Origin: Myxococcota bacterium
GTDB lineage: Bacteria; Myxococcota_A; UBA9160; PR03
Assembly: GCA_041611735.1 (NCBI GenBank)
Contig: JBFIML010000006.1
Location: 32,001-96,000 of the forward strand
Length of the DNA: 64,000 bases
Direction: 5' to 3'
This document shows positions 1 through 10,264 of this stretch, piece after piece. Under the pieces are notes generated by a model that ran no database searches, was not told the DNA's origin, and saw only the letters and a list, made by a program, of their open reading frames with translations. The translations under genes and the position numbers were made by a program. Positions within the stretch are counted from its first letter, which is position 1, and each line of letters begins with the position of its first letter.

Positions 1-1
1 T

Positions 2-523
2 GGGCTGGCCTACCAGCGCGCGCCCGGGCTCTACGGGCTGCGAAGACCCTCCGGGCTCGACTGGCTCTGGCTCGTCCCCGTGGCCCTCGCCGGCGCTCTG
101 CTGGGGGGCGTGTGGCTGCCGGAGTCCGGGGCGGGCGGCGCCCTGGCGCCACCCGGACCAGCCGCCTGGCTGCCCCTCCTGACGCTTCCCCTGGCCGCCG
201 AGGTCTGGTTCCGGGGTCTGGGGCATGGCCACCTGGCTTCGAGCTTTCCCATCCAGCACGCCGGCGGACCCTGGTTCGTCTCGGTACCGGTCGTCGCATC
301 GGCCGTGCTCTACGCGGGGGTCGTCGGCGTGCTCGCGATCCTCGCCCCGCCCGTGGCGCCGGCCCCGCCATTGGACCAGGCGGCGCTGGGCAGCATGGGC
401 GCTCTCCTGTTCGGCCTGGCCTCCGGCCTGGCCCGCGAGCGCTCCGAGAGCCTGCTGCCGCCCTTGCTGCTGCTCGGCCTCGGCCTCGCCGCCGTCGGGC
501 TCGTCGCCACCCACGGCGGCTGA
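2..523 (+). CDS. CPBP/CAAX-protease-like intramembrane protein, 5'-partial, catalytic motifs degenerate
   Basis: Frame open from window edge; multiple hydrophobic helices; AEVWFRG resembles EExxFRG and 'ARERSESLLPP' resembles the CPBP C-terminal motif. Confidence 0.6.
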   Translation, partial: GLAYQRAPGLYGLRRPSGLDWLWLVPVALAGALLGGVWLPESGAGGALAPPGPAAWLPLLTLPLAAEVWFRGLGHGHLASSFPIQHAGGPWFVSVPVVASAVLYAGVVGVLAILAPPVAPAPPLDQAALGSMGALLFGLASGLARERSESLLPPLLLLGLGLAAVGLVATHGG

Positions 524-702
524 GCCCCGTCCCGGCGCGCCAAGTTCCCAAGAACCGGTCCTTTTCACGGCCACCGCCAGTGCGGGGAAGCCGCCGCATC
601 CGTGCGCTGGGATTTCCGGGGTTGCCCTGGGCCTCCGCATGGGACCATGATGTCCGAGCACTCGCACCGGGTTCGGTGAGGGGCCACGAGGAGGGATCGG
701 AC

Positions 703-1380
703 ATGCAGCACACATCGAGTCGCGTCGGGATCGCCCTGCTGCTGGCGGGAGCCGTGGCGGTCGTGGCCGGGGCGGATTCGCACGAGAAGGCCGAAGGCGA
801 AGCAGCCATGGAAGTGACGGAGGGAGAGGCGACGGTCGAGCTGTGCGACGAGGGTGACGCGCGCCCCGAGTGCCAGCAGACACCGCCGCAGGAGGGCGAG
901 GTCAAGGAGCGCGGCGTGTGGATCGGCATCCCCGGCATCCCCATCAAGCTTGCCAACGAGGGTGTGAACCGCTGCCTGCGCCCGCAGAACGGCTCGCGGA
1001 TCGAGGGCAGGCCGGTGGTGCTCGATACCTGCGCGAGCACCACGAGCCGCTACTGGATCACCAAGGAGGAGCGCGGCAGCTCGTCCCTGCCGGGAGGCCG
1101 GTTCCTGTATCGCTTCAAGAACCAGTTCACCGGCTTCTGCCTCGAGAAGCGTCCGGACGGGAGCTTCATCCAGAAGGCCTGCACGGACAATCTGAACGCC
1201 CCGCAGTGGTTCTCGTTCGAGCCGGCCCCGTGGCCGCCCTTCGCCGGGGAGTTCCTGTACGCCAACTCCTACCTCGGGGGCCGGCGCTGCCTGCGCGGAC
1301 GCACCAACGGCACACTCACCGCCACGGAGGCGAACTGCCCGAATTTCGCGAGCCGGCGCTGGCGCCGCAACCTGTTCTAG
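703..1380 (+). CDS. Secreted ricin-B (beta-trefoil) lectin-like protein
   Basis: GAGGAGG RBS at 688-694, ATG 703; signal peptide; three Cys-paired repeats (RCLRP..DTC..YW; FCLE..KAC..PQW; RCLR..NC..RW). Confidence 0.7.
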   Translation: MQHTSSRVGIALLLAGAVAVVAGADSHEKAEGEAAMEVTEGEATVELCDEGDARPECQQTPPQEGEVKERGVWIGIPGIPIKLANEGVNRCLRPQNGSRIEGRPVVLDTCASTTSRYWITKEERGSSSLPGGRFLYRFKNQFTGFCLEKRPDGSFIQKACTDNLNAPQWFSFEPAPWPPFAGEFLYANSYLGGRRCLRGRTNGTLTATEANCPNFASRRWRRNLF

Positions 1381-1656
1381 CGCCCCGTCCCAGAGGCTCG
1401 TCACCGATCTCGCAGCCGATCCGGTCGCCGCTGGCTGCGTTGCACTGCCTCGAATCATCGATGGAGGGCGCTTCGCTCGTGCGCCCTTCAGCGGCGTGTC
1501 TCGACTCCCATGTGGGCACCGAACTCATGGGGCAGGGCACGAGCAGCCCCATCGGGGGTCGCGCGCCAGGAGGGTCCGGGCCGGGGGTCCGGCCCGGGCG
1601 CTGCGTCGCGCCGTGCCCCGTGGCGCGGGCCGGGAATCCCGGTAGCATCCGCCCGC

Positions 1657-2415
1657 GTGCGACGAGCCTATTCGACCGTCTTCTGGGCCTTCCTGGCGAC
1701 CAGCGCTTTCGCCCTGTTCCCGGTCGCCGTGGCCCTCTGGGCCGTCACCCGTCCCTTCGACCGCCGCAAGGTGGTGCTGCACCGCTTCACCTGCTTCTGG
1801 GCCTCCCTCTACACCTGGTTCAACCCGGCCTGGCCGGTGACGGTGGAGGGACGCCAGCGGATCCGCCCCGGCGTCGCCTACGTCATGGTGGCCAACCACC
1901 TCTCGCTGCTCGACATCCTGGTGCTGTTTCGGCTCTTCGCCCACTTCAAGTGGGTGTCGAAGATCGAGAACTTCCGGGTTCCCCTGATCGGTTGGAACAT
2001 GTCGCTGAACGGCTACATCAAGCTGCGGCGGGGAGACGGGGCGAGCGTCCGGCGCATGCTGCGCGCCTGCCAGGAGACCCTGGCAGCGGGCAACTCGATC
2101 ATGATGTTCCCGGAAGGCACGCGCTCGCCCAGCGGCCGGCTGCGCGCCTTCAAGCCAGGGGCCTTCGAGCTCGCGCTCCGCACCCGGAGCCCGATCCTGC
2201 CCATCGTCCTCCAGGGCACCGCCGACGCCCTGCCCAAGCGCGGCTTCGTGCTACGCGGCCGGCACCCGATCCGGGTGCAGGTGCTGGACGAAATCCCCTA
2301 CGACAGCTTCCGGGCGCTCTCGGCCGCGGAGCTGACGGAGGCCGTGCGGGAGCGCTTCGCCCGGCTCGTTCCCGCCGAGGACGTGAAGCCGCTGACGCCC
2401 GTGGCGTCGGGCTAG
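1657..2415 (+). CDS. 1-acyl-sn-glycerol-3-phosphate (lysophospholipid) acyltransferase, PlsC family
   Basis: NHLSLLD and FPEGTRS motifs, N-terminal TM helix; GTG start estimated. Confidence 0.9.
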   Translation: MRRAYSTVFWAFLATSAFALFPVAVALWAVTRPFDRRKVVLHRFTCFWASLYTWFNPAWPVTVEGRQRIRPGVAYVMVANHLSLLDILVLFRLFAHFKWVSKIENFRVPLIGWNMSLNGYIKLRRGDGASVRRMLRACQETLAAGNSIMMFPEGTRSPSGRLRAFKPGAFELALRTRSPILPIVLQGTADALPKRGFVLRGRHPIRVQVLDEIPYDSFRALSAAELTEAVRERFARLVPAEDVKPLTPVASG

Positions 2416-2442
2416 CCCGGCCTCTGCTAGCCTGCCGCGCCC

Positions 2443-4245
2443 ATGCGAGAGCCCCGCAAGGACCTGCGCAACGTCGCGATCATCGCGCACGTGGACCACG
2501 GCAAGACCACCCTGGTCGACGGTCTCCTGCGCCAGACGGGCGCCTTCCGCGCCAATCAGGTGGTGGAGGAGCGCGTGCTCGACAGCGCCGACCTGGAGCG
2601 GGAGCGCGGCATCACGATCCACGCCAAGGACACCGCCATCGAGTACCAGGGCGTGCGCATCCACCTGGTCGACACGCCGGGCCACGCGGACTTCGGGGGA
2701 GAGGTCGAGCGCGTGCTCGGCCTGGTGGACTCCGCCCTCCTCCTGGTGGACGCCGTGGACGGCGTGATGCCCCAGACGCGCTTCGTGGTGGGCAAGGCCC
2801 TCCAGCACGGCCTGCGCCTGCTGCTCGTCGTGAACAAGGTGGATCGCTCCGAGCAACGGGCCCATGCGGTCGTGGACGAGGTCTTCGACCTGCTGGCGAC
2901 GCTCGGCGCAAGCGACGAGCAGCTCGACTTCCCGGTGGTCTACGCCTCGGCCAAGCAGGGGACGGCGAGCCTCGAGCTCGAGGCTCCGCGCAGCGACCTG
3001 CGGCCCCTGCTGCGGACCATTCTCGAGCAGGCCCCCGCGCCTCGGGTGGACCTCACGGGACCGCTCCAGTTCCAGGCGGTGACGCTGGACTACGACGACT
3101 ATCTGGGGCGTCTGGTCATCGGGCGGGTGGAGCGGGGCGAGCTGGCCCGCGGCGCCCAGGTGGCCCGCGTCCCCCGGCAGGGCCCCCCCGAGCTGTTTCG
3201 GGTCTCCAAGCTGCTCGGTTCCCGGGGCCTCCAGCGCGTGGAGCTCGAGCGCGCCCGGGCCGGCGACCTGGCTGTGATCGCCGGCGTGGACTCGATCGAG
3301 ATCGGCGACACCCTGTGTGCCCCGGGCTGCCTGGAGCCGCTCCCGCGCATCGAGGTGGACCCGCCCACCCTGCGCGTGCGCTTCTCGGTCAACAACTCGC
3401 CCCTGGCGGGGCGCGATGGGCGCTTCCTCACCAGCCGCCAGATCGGCGAGCGTCTGCACCGCGAGGCGCTCGGCAACGTCTCGTTGCGCCTCGAGGAGGC
3501 CGACACCCCGGAGACCTTCGTGGTGGCGGGTCGCGGAGAGCTCCAGCTCGCCATCCTGATCGAGACCCTGCGGCGCGAGGGCTACGAGTTCAGCGTCTCC
3601 CGGCCCGAGGTCATTGCCCGCGAGATCGACGGCCGCGCCTGCGAGCCCGTGGAGGACGTGGTCGCCGACGTGCCGGACGCGTTCACCGGCGTCGTGCTCG
3701 AGAAGCTCTCGGGGCGCCGCGGTCGCATGGAGGTCATGGAGCAGCGCGGCGAGCGGGTGCGTTTCACCTTCGTGGTGCCGAGCCGGGGCCTCTTCGGCTA
3801 CCGCAGCGAGTTCCTTTCCGACACCCGGGGCGAGGGCGTCCTGCACCGGACCGTGCGCGGCTGGGAGCCCTGGGCCGGTGACCTGCCCACCCGCAAGGTG
3901 GGCGCCGTCGTCGCCACGGAGGCGGGGAAGACCACGGCCTACAGCCTCTACAACATCCAGGAGCGGGCGACGCTCTTCGTGAGGGCGGGCGTGGAGGTCT
4001 ACGAGGGGATGATCGTGGGCGAGAATCGCCGCGTCGGGCACATGAACGTGAATGCCGTGCGTGCCAAGAAGCTCACCAACATCCGCGCCGCCGGGAAGGA
4101 CGAAGCCACGATCCTGTCTCCCCCTCGGGAGGTCGCCATCGAGTGGGCCCTCGAGTGGTTGGGGGAGGATGAGCTGCTCGAGGTGACGCCGAACGCGCTG
4201 CGGCTGCGGAAGCGCGTGCTGCCCGCCAACCTCCGCAAGCGTTAG
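2443..4245 (+). CDS. typA: Translational GTPase TypA/BipA
   Basis: [64 protein letters not shown]. Confidence 0.97.
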   Translation: MREPRKDLRNVAIIAHVDHGKTTLVDGLLRQTGAFRANQVVEERVLDSADLERERGITIHAKDTAIEYQGVRIHLVDTPGHADFGGEVERVLGLVDSALLLVDAVDGVMPQTRFVVGKALQHGLRLLLVVNKVDRSEQRAHAVVDEVFDLLATLGASDEQLDFPVVYASAKQGTASLELEAPRSDLRPLLRTILEQAPAPRVDLTGPLQFQAVTLDYDDYLGRLVIGRVERGELARGAQVARVPRQGPPELFRVSKLLGSRGLQRVELERARAGDLAVIAGVDSIEIGDTLCAPGCLEPLPRIEVDPPTLRVRFSVNNSPLAGRDGRFLTSRQIGERLHREALGNVSLRLEEADTPETFVVAGRGELQLAILIETLRREGYEFSVSRPEVIAREIDGRACEPVEDVVADVPDAFTGVVLEKLSGRRGRMEVMEQRGERVRFTFVVPSRGLFGYRSEFLSDTRGEGVLHRTVRGWEPWAGDLPTRKVGAVVATEAGKTTAYSLYNIQERATLFVRAGVEVYEGMIVGENRRVGHMNVNAVRAKKLTNIRAAGKDEATILSPPREVAIEWALEWLGEDELLEVTPNALRLRKRVLPANLRKR

Positions 4246-4261
4246 CTTGTGGTAGCAAGAC

Positions 4262-5845
4262 CTAGGGGAGGGAGGCGGGGAGGGGGCGCTGGCCCGCGGC
4301 CTCGAGCTCGAGAATCTTCTGCCGCCGCTCCTCCCCCCGCCGGCTGCGGACCTCCTGGATCTCCTCCGTCAGGCGCTGCTTGATCCGCGCGATCAGGGCC
4401 TCGTTCTCCACGCGCAGACGGTCCAGCTCGAGGACCAGCTCCTGCTGGGGCACGATGCGCTGGTACTCCACCAGCAGCGTTTCCGAGGCGCGGCGGCCGT
4501 CCCCGAGGACGGCCACCACCCGGATCTCGTTGGCTCCGTCCGCCAGCGGGATCTCTCCGTAGAAGGAGCCGTCGATTCCCGTGGCGATGTAGTCGGTATC
4601 CTGGCCCGTGGTCTGGTTCTCGAGCCGGACCCGGTCCACGAAGGAGAAGGCCGTGGTGTCCAGCAGCGCGACGATCTCGCCCGGGGTGCGCAGCTCGACG
4701 AAGCGGCCGCCGGTGCCGCGCGCCATCTGGCGCAGGGAGGGGTTCGCGGCGCCGGTCACCGCATTGCGGCCCAGGGAGAAGGCGTGCAGCGTGATCCCGG
4801 CTTCACCCGCCATGCGCGCCGCCCGCAGCGCGGCCTTCTCGGCCTGGAGGCGGTCGTAGGGCAGCTGCGCCTTCCCGTCCGTCAGCAGCTGGATCACCTT
4901 CTGCGCACCGGGGCGCGCCTGGCTCCGGGCCCCCTCCGCCGCGGTCAGCTCCACGAAGGCGCGCCCGATCCCCGCGGCGAGGTCCGTCATGCCGGCGGGC
5001 TCGATCCCGGCCAGGCGGTCGAGGGCCCGCTCGACGCGGTCGTAGTCGGAGGTCAAGGCTAGCCGGACCCGGGCATCCCGTTCCGCCAGGGCGAGGATGC
5101 GCTCCGGGGTCGGCGCGAGGTCGCGCTCCTCGCTCCGACGGTGGAAGGCTTCGTCCCCACCCAGCGTGATCAGGCCGACGCGGATGCGGCGTCCAGCTTG
5201 GTTGCCGGGCAGCTCTCGCAAGGCGGTGACGAAGGCGCGCGCCGCGGTGAGCTCGCCCTGGAAGATGGAGTCGTCGCCCTTCCACTCGTCTTCGTCCACT
5301 CCGTCGCCATCCACGTCGGCCTGCGCGTACTCGTTGGTGGAGGTGGAGGCGTCGAGCACGAGCAAGACGTCGTATTCGCCCCGGGAGCCCCGCAGACCGG
5401 CGAGCCCCGCCACCGGGAGCAGCGGGTCCAGGTGCCCGTGGACGCGTCCGAGCGCGGGGCTCTGGATGCGGATCTCGACCTCGGCGGGGGGGCGGAAGAG
5501 CCCCACGACGGCGGAGCGCATGGCGTGCAGGGCGGACGGCGTGGGGTCCACGCGGCGGGTCTCCAGGGCGGACTCCGGTTCCTCGGTCACGACCCGGGTC
5601 CACGCCGTGCTCACGTAGCCCGACGGGCCATCCGCGAGCCGTACGCGGTGCCAGCCCGGGACGGTGGCGACGAGGCGCGCGCGCTCGCCCGCGCGCAGGC
5701 TTCCCAGGTCCGGGCTGCGGCGGCTGGCGCGCTCGCGCACCACCACGCGGCTCACCACCCGGTCCGAGGGCACCACCCAGTCGGCGGCCGCCGCTCCGGG
5801 CAGGAGGATGGCGAGCAGCAGGGCGAGCCGGCACCAGCGGCGCAT
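4262..5845 (-). CDS. Secreted SH3 + von Willebrand factor A domain protein with C-terminal coiled coil
   Basis: Signal peptide; bacterial SH3 pattern (VRERAS...GWHRVRLADG..GYVS); MIDAS DASTS, 'GMTDLAAGI', LLTDG. Confidence 0.8.
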   Translation of the reverse strand: MRRWCRLALLLAILLPGAAAADWVVPSDRVVSRVVVRERASRRSPDLGSLRAGERARLVATVPGWHRVRLADGPSGYVSTAWTRVVTEEPESALETRRVDPTPSALHAMRSAVVGLFRPPAEVEIRIQSPALGRVHGHLDPLLPVAGLAGLRGSRGEYDVLLVLDASTSTNEYAQADVDGDGVDEDEWKGDDSIFQGELTAARAFVTALRELPGNQAGRRIRVGLITLGGDEAFHRRSEERDLAPTPERILALAERDARVRLALTSDYDRVERALDRLAGIEPAGMTDLAAGIGRAFVELTAAEGARSQARPGAQKVIQLLTDGKAQLPYDRLQAEKAALRAARMAGEAGITLHAFSLGRNAVTGAANPSLRQMARGTGGRFVELRTPGEIVALLDTTAFSFVDRVRLENQTTGQDTDYIATGIDGSFYGEIPLADGANEIRVVAVLGDGRRASETLLVEYQRIVPQQELVLELDRLRVENEALIARIKQRLTEEIQEVRSRRGEERRQKILELEAAGQRPLPASLP

Positions 5846-5940
5846 GGAGGATTCCCCCGAAAGGCGCATCGGCCCCGGGGCGGAGCGGGAGCCGTCCCGA
5901 TCTCATCGGAGCGACGGCTCCGGGGGCTTAGTGCGCGGGG

Positions 5941-6885
5941 TCACGGCCCCGGCGTGGCCGGCGCCACGACGAACGGCTCGAAGAGCGTGGGGCGGTGCAG
6001 GCGGACCGGGAGCCCGAGCTGCTCCGCTGCCTCGCGGACCTCGGCCTCGAAGGCCGCGACCTCCTCCGCGTCGGAAGCTTCCCCGGCGCGCGGGTCCTCG
6101 AGGCTTCGGAAGAAGGAATCGAAGTGGTGCGGCACGACGAGGCGGGGCTGCAGCACTTCGACCAGGGTGCGGGCGAAGTCGGCTTCGCGCCCCTGGATGG
6201 CGGTCAGCACCGCGTCCACGCCGGGCTGGATCTGCTCCAGGGCAGGGCGGTGCAGGCCGGCGCTGCTCAGCAGGACGAGACGCACTCCCGTGGGCTCGTG
6301 CCGCACCCGGTAGGCGCGTGCGTCGCCCAGCACGAAGGAGAAGGCGTGCAGCGGGGCGTCCGGCGGCGTTTCGAGCCTGCCCGGAAACGGAACCCGGCCG
6401 AACAGGACGCGTGCATGACGACTCTCCACCGCCCGGATCCGGAAGGCGCCCTCGCCCACTTCCTCCCCGGGCGCCACGACCATGGTCTGAGCCGACGGGA
6501 GTCCGTAGCCCACGGCGATGGCTGCGCTGGTGGCGGACCCGACCAGCCTGGCCCCGATGCGCGTGGCGATCCAGGGCGCGTCGCCCAGGTGGTCGTAGTG
6601 GCTGTGTCCGATCAAGACGAGTCGGGCCGCCGCCGCCTCGGGCGCGGGGCCGTCGGCGGCCAGCAAGCGGGCGAGCACCTGCTCGTCGGGGCGGAAGCGG
6701 CGCAGGAGTGTGCGCAGTACGCCGGGCCGGCTGAGGAAGGGATCGTGGAGCAGGACCGTTTGCCCGTCGGAGATGGAGAAGCCGGCCACACCGAGCCAGC
6801 GCAACCCGAGGGAGCCGGACTCGGCGCGGACCGGAGCGGGCAGGAGCACGATGCTGGTCAGGAAGGCGGCGAGTAGCGGCCTCAT
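5941..6885 (-). CDS. MBL-fold metallo-hydrolase, exported
   Basis: HSHYDH, LHDPFLSR, VVPHHFD motifs; signal peptide. Confidence 0.88.
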   Translation of the reverse strand: MRPLLAAFLTSIVLLPAPVRAESGSLGLRWLGVAGFSISDGQTVLLHDPFLSRPGVLRTLLRRFRPDEQVLARLLAADGPAPEAAAARLVLIGHSHYDHLGDAPWIATRIGARLVGSATSAAIAVGYGLPSAQTMVVAPGEEVGEGAFRIRAVESRHARVLFGRVPFPGRLETPPDAPLHAFSFVLGDARAYRVRHEPTGVRLVLLSSAGLHRPALEQIQPGVDAVLTAIQGREADFARTLVEVLQPRLVVPHHFDSFFRSLEDPRAGEASDAEEVAAFEAEVREAAEQLGLPVRLHRPTLFEPFVVAPATPGP

Positions 6886-7016
6886 GACACGATCATGCAG
6901 AAGGAGCGCTGCTGCCACCAGGCGCATCCGGCTCGCAGGTGCACCGGTCCGAGAAGGCGCTACTCTCCCGCGCTGATTGATCCTTGAGAAGACGGCGCGC
7001 CGTCGGGGGGGTCGTG

Positions 7017-7523
7017 GTGAGCGCGAGACCGTTCCTGATTCTGCTGGTTTCGGGCCTGCTCCTGCTTTCCGGTTCGGCGCAGGGAGAGGAGGAGAAGCCC
7101 GTGGTCATCGAGGACGGACGCAAGGTCTCGCTCGAATACACCCTGAAGCTGGAAGATGGCAGCACCGCCGATACCAACGTGGGTGGCGAGCCCCTGGTCT
7201 ATCAGCAGGGAAGCGGACAGATCCTGCCTGCGCTCGAGCAGGAGCTGCGGGGTCTAAAGACCGACGACCACAAGAAGGTGACCCTGAGCGCCGAACAGGG
7301 CTACGGCGTCGTCAATCCAGAGGCGGTCGTCAAGGTTCCGGTCGACGACATCCCGGACGGCGCTCGCGAGGTGGGAGCGCGGCTGGTGGCCGAGGGGCCC
7401 GAGGGCAGTCAGCGCCTGGTGCGGGTCCGCGAGGTGCACGATACGGAGATCGTGCTCGACCTCAATCACCCGCTGGCGGGCCAGAAGCTCCACTTCGACG
7501 TGCGCGTCCTCGGGGTCGAGTAG
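7017..7523 (+). CDS. slyD: FKBP-type peptidyl-prolyl isomerase, SlyD-like, with N-terminal signal peptide
   Basis: VSLEYTL, GSGQILPALE, DLNHPLAGQKLHFDVRV; GTG start at 7014 or 7017. Confidence 0.85.
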   Translation: MSARPFLILLVSGLLLLSGSAQGEEEKPVVIEDGRKVSLEYTLKLEDGSTADTNVGGEPLVYQQGSGQILPALEQELRGLKTDDHKKVTLSAEQGYGVVNPEAVVKVPVDDIPDGAREVGARLVAEGPEGSQRLVRVREVHDTEIVLDLNHPLAGQKLHFDVRVLGVE

Positions 7524-10149
7524 CGGACGCCGCCGCCCCGGCTGCGTCGAGGGCCTCGCGAACCGCCCGGGCCAGGGCGTCGGGCTGGAACGGCTTGGCC
7601 AGCAGTCTCACGCCCCGCGGGCTCCGCACACGTCTGGGATCCAGGCGTGCGCTCATCAGCACCACGGGCAGCCCGGGTCGCAGGTGCCGCAAGGACGCGA
7701 TGGCGTCCAGGCCGTCGCGGCGGGGCATGCTGAGGTCGAGCAGCGCCAGCGCCACCTCGTTCGGATGCCGGGCCAGGGTCTCGACGGCGGCCTCCCCGTC
7801 GCCGGCCTCGACGACCCGGTAGCCGTAGCGCTCGAGGGTGCGGCGGGCCAGACGCCGGACCGAGGGCTCGTCCTCGGCCAGCAGGATCTTCTCGCCCGAA
7901 CCGGACGGGACGTGGACCGGCAGCTTCGACGCCTGGGGCGCCACTTTCCCCTGCGCCGCCGGCCAGAGCAGGCGCACCGCCGTACCCCGTCCGGGCTCGC
8001 TCTCCACCTCGATCGAGGCGCCGTGGGCCTCGACGACGCCGTACACGATGGCCAGACCGAGCCCCGTTCCCTCCCCCACGGCCTTGGTGGTGAAGAACGG
8101 GTCGAAGAGGTGCTCGCGGGTGCGGGCGTCCATCCCCGCGCCGTCGTCACGAACCGTGAGCGCGACGCGGCCCTCGCCGCTCGTCGCCGCGGGAGCGTTC
8201 TCGGCTTCGAGCACGATGGTGCCCGTTCCCCGCAAGGCGTCGCGGGCGTTCACGGCCAGGTTGATCAGGGCGCGGCGGAGCTGCGAGGGGTCCGCCAGGA
8301 CCGGCCAGGGACGCGGACCCAAACGGATCTCGAGGCGAACCCTCGGCTCGAGGGTGGGACGCAGGACCGTCTCCACCTCGCGCAGGGATTTCTCCACGTC
8401 CACGGCTCGGGGCTCACTGGGGTTGCGTCGGGCGAAGGTGAGCAGCCCCCGCGTGAGCTCCGCGCAGTGCTCGGCCGCCTGCTCCAGATCGGCGAGAGGG
8501 AGCCGCTTCGGATCGTCGGGATCCAGTCCCTCCAGCACCAGTCGGGCGTTGCCGAGGATCGCCGTGAGCTGATTGTTGAAGTCGTGAGCCACGCCGCCCG
8601 CCAGGGTACCCAGGGTCTCCATGCGCTGGGTTTGACGCAGCCGCTCGTCGCGGTGCCGCTCCTCCGTCACGTCCCGAGACATCCAGAGCTCGCCGATCGC
8701 ATCCCCGTCCTCGTCGAGCACGGGATGCGACGAGACCAGCAGCGTGTGCCCTTCGACGCGCACCTCGAAGCCTGCGATGGGAAGCTGCCGCTGCGCCGGG
8801 TCGCGATGGCGGGTGCGATCGAGGAGCTCACGGGCGTCCTCGAGGCGCGCCGCCGCCAGTTCCCGGATCTCCCGGGCCGGGCGACCGACGAGCTTCTCGG
8901 GCGGACCGAGCCCCCACTGCTCGGCGCCCATGCGGTTCTGCATCCGGACGCACCGTTCGCGGTCGATGAGCAGGATCCCGGCGGGGACGCTCTCCAGCAG
9001 TGCCCGCAGCGTCCGCTCCTCCGCGGCCAGCGCGCGTGCCTGCTCGTCGCGCTCCGCGACGGAGCGCACGTGCACGATGGCCAAAGCGATTTCATCGCCG
9101 AGCGCAGCAAGGAAGCGCTTCTCTTCCTGGAGGAACGCGCCCGGTCGGCGGATCCCCGCAGCCAGGAGCCCCAGCGTGCGGCCGCGCCAACGCAGAGGGA
9201 CCAGCGCCATGCCCCGCAGGCCGCTGTGTCGCACCCAATCGTTCACCACACGCGCGTCGGTCTTGAGGTCGTCGACGATCACCGGCTCCAGTGCATTCAG
9301 CGCCTCCTGGCACAGGGGAAGATCCGCGGGCATGCGCTGGATCGGACCGAGCAGGTGGGGCAGGTCGGTCGCCCGGGCCGCGCTCTCGAGGAAGCGGCCG
9401 TCTTCGGAGAGGAGCCACACGCCGTGGAGGTCGAGGCCGCCGCGCTTGCGCAGACCCTCCACGGCAGCCTGGATCAGCCCGGGGACCTCCTGCTGGGTGG
9501 CCGCGGCTCGGATCACGCCGCGCAGCAGGTCGCCCTCCCGGCGCACGCGTGCCTCGCGCTCCCGGGACTGCTCCACGAAGACCAGGATCTGGGCCAGGCC
9601 CAGGCCGAGGGACAACGTGCCCCAGACGACGAGGAGCGGAAGCGTGGCCAGGCCGAGCTGGCGCAGCGAGGGCTCCAGCAGATCGAGCCCGACGACCAGG
9701 GCGAGGCCGACGGCGACGACTCGCTCGGGAGCGATCCCCGAGCGCCCGCCGGCAGCGCGCCACATCACCCCGGCGGCGGCGGCCAGGAGCCCGACCTCCA
9801 GGTAGTGGACGCTCCAGGCGGCGGTCGCTGAGCCCACGGTGCCCAGCGCGCCGCTCAGCGCCCCGCTGCCGAGGCCCGCCAGCACCGGCCAGCGCGGGAC
9901 GCGGCCCCGGCGTCGGTACACCAGCGCACCGGAAAGCTGGAACCCCGAGAAGAGGCCGCTCAGGACGTTCGCCAGCGGGAGGATGGCGACGGGCGCCGCG
10001 ACCCAGGCCGTGACGAGTCCCGCCCCGTAGAGGGCGAGCCAGGCCAGGCCCCAGCAGGTGGCGGCGCCGAGCTCGCTCACCCGGCGCAGGTAGAGCAGGC
10101 CAACCACCACCAGGATGCCCAGCGGCGCGACGAAGACGACCTCGTTCAA
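7462..10149 (-). CDS. Membrane-bound hybrid sensor histidine kinase (multi-TM, GAF, PAS, HisKA, HATPase, REC)
   Basis: H-box GGVAHDFNNQL, NLAVNARDA, DDGAGM, FDPFFTTK, GTGLGL; REC LAEDE...LLDLSMP...KPF; TTG start estimated. Confidence 0.92.
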   Translation of the reverse strand: MNEVVFVAPLGILVVVGLLYLRRVSELGAATCWGLAWLALYGAGLVTAWVAAPVAILPLANVLSGLFSGFQLSGALVYRRRGRVPRWPVLAGLGSGALSGALGTVGSATAAWSVHYLEVGLLAAAAGVMWRAAGGRSGIAPERVVAVGLALVVGLDLLEPSLRQLGLATLPLLVVWGTLSLGLGLAQILVFVEQSREREARVRREGDLLRGVIRAAATQQEVPGLIQAAVEGLRKRGGLDLHGVWLLSEDGRFLESAARATDLPHLLGPIQRMPADLPLCQEALNALEPVIVDDLKTDARVVNDWVRHSGLRGMALVPLRWRGRTLGLLAAGIRRPGAFLQEEKRFLAALGDEIALAIVHVRSVAERDEQARALAAEERTLRALLESVPAGILLIDRERCVRMQNRMGAEQWGLGPPEKLVGRPAREIRELAAARLEDARELLDRTRHRDPAQRQLPIAGFEVRVEGHTLLVSSHPVLDEDGDAIGELWMSRDVTEERHRDERLRQTQRMETLGTLAGGVAHDFNNQLTAILGNARLVLEGLDPDDPKRLPLADLEQAAEHCAELTRGLLTFARRNPSEPRAVDVEKSLREVETVLRPTLEPRVRLEIRLGPRPWPVLADPSQLRRALINLAVNARDALRGTGTIVLEAENAPAATSGEGRVALTVRDDGAGMDARTREHLFDPFFTTKAVGEGTGLGLAIVYGVVEAHGASIEVESEPGRGTAVRLLWPAAQGKVAPQASKLPVHVPSGSGEKILLAEDEPSVRRLARRTLERYGYRVVEAGDGEAAVETLARHPNEVALALLDLSMPRRDGLDAIASLRHLRPGLPVVLMSARLDPRRVRSPRGVRLLAKPFQPDALARAVREALDAAGAAASATRPRGRARRSGASGPPAGD

Positions 10150-10264
10150 GGGGAACCCCCACGTCGCAAGCCAACGCTCGCTGCACTCGGGGGGACGACC
10201 AGCATAGCAGGCGCGGCGCCGGGCAGCCGGAGCCCGGCGCTTCCGTCTGGGATACGATCGCTCC

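Noticed and set aside
565-600. GCCAC...GGGAAG segment reminiscent of a cobalamin riboswitch
   Set aside because: Lacks the AGGGAA..GGTG core and the B12 box, and the downstream gene is not B12-related
1381-1640. Intergenic region with a hairpin (GAGGGCGC...GCGCCCTT) as ncRNA or small gene
   Set aside because: No recognisable RNA family motif and no convincing ORF with an RBS
870-3881. 1003-aa ORF and many other long Arg/Pro/Gly/Ala-rich ORFs (e.g. 33359-36583 +, 40271-42640 -, 54378-56963 -)
   Set aside because: Alternate-frame or antisense shadows of recognisable genes; stop codons are rare at this GC content and the products have no domain motifs
7462-7523. Convergent 3' overlaps (also 16903-16924, 47598-47661, 56741-56759) as antisense regulation or frameshifts
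   Set aside because: Overlapping tails are low-complexity extensions expected in high-GC genomes, and the core domains are complete
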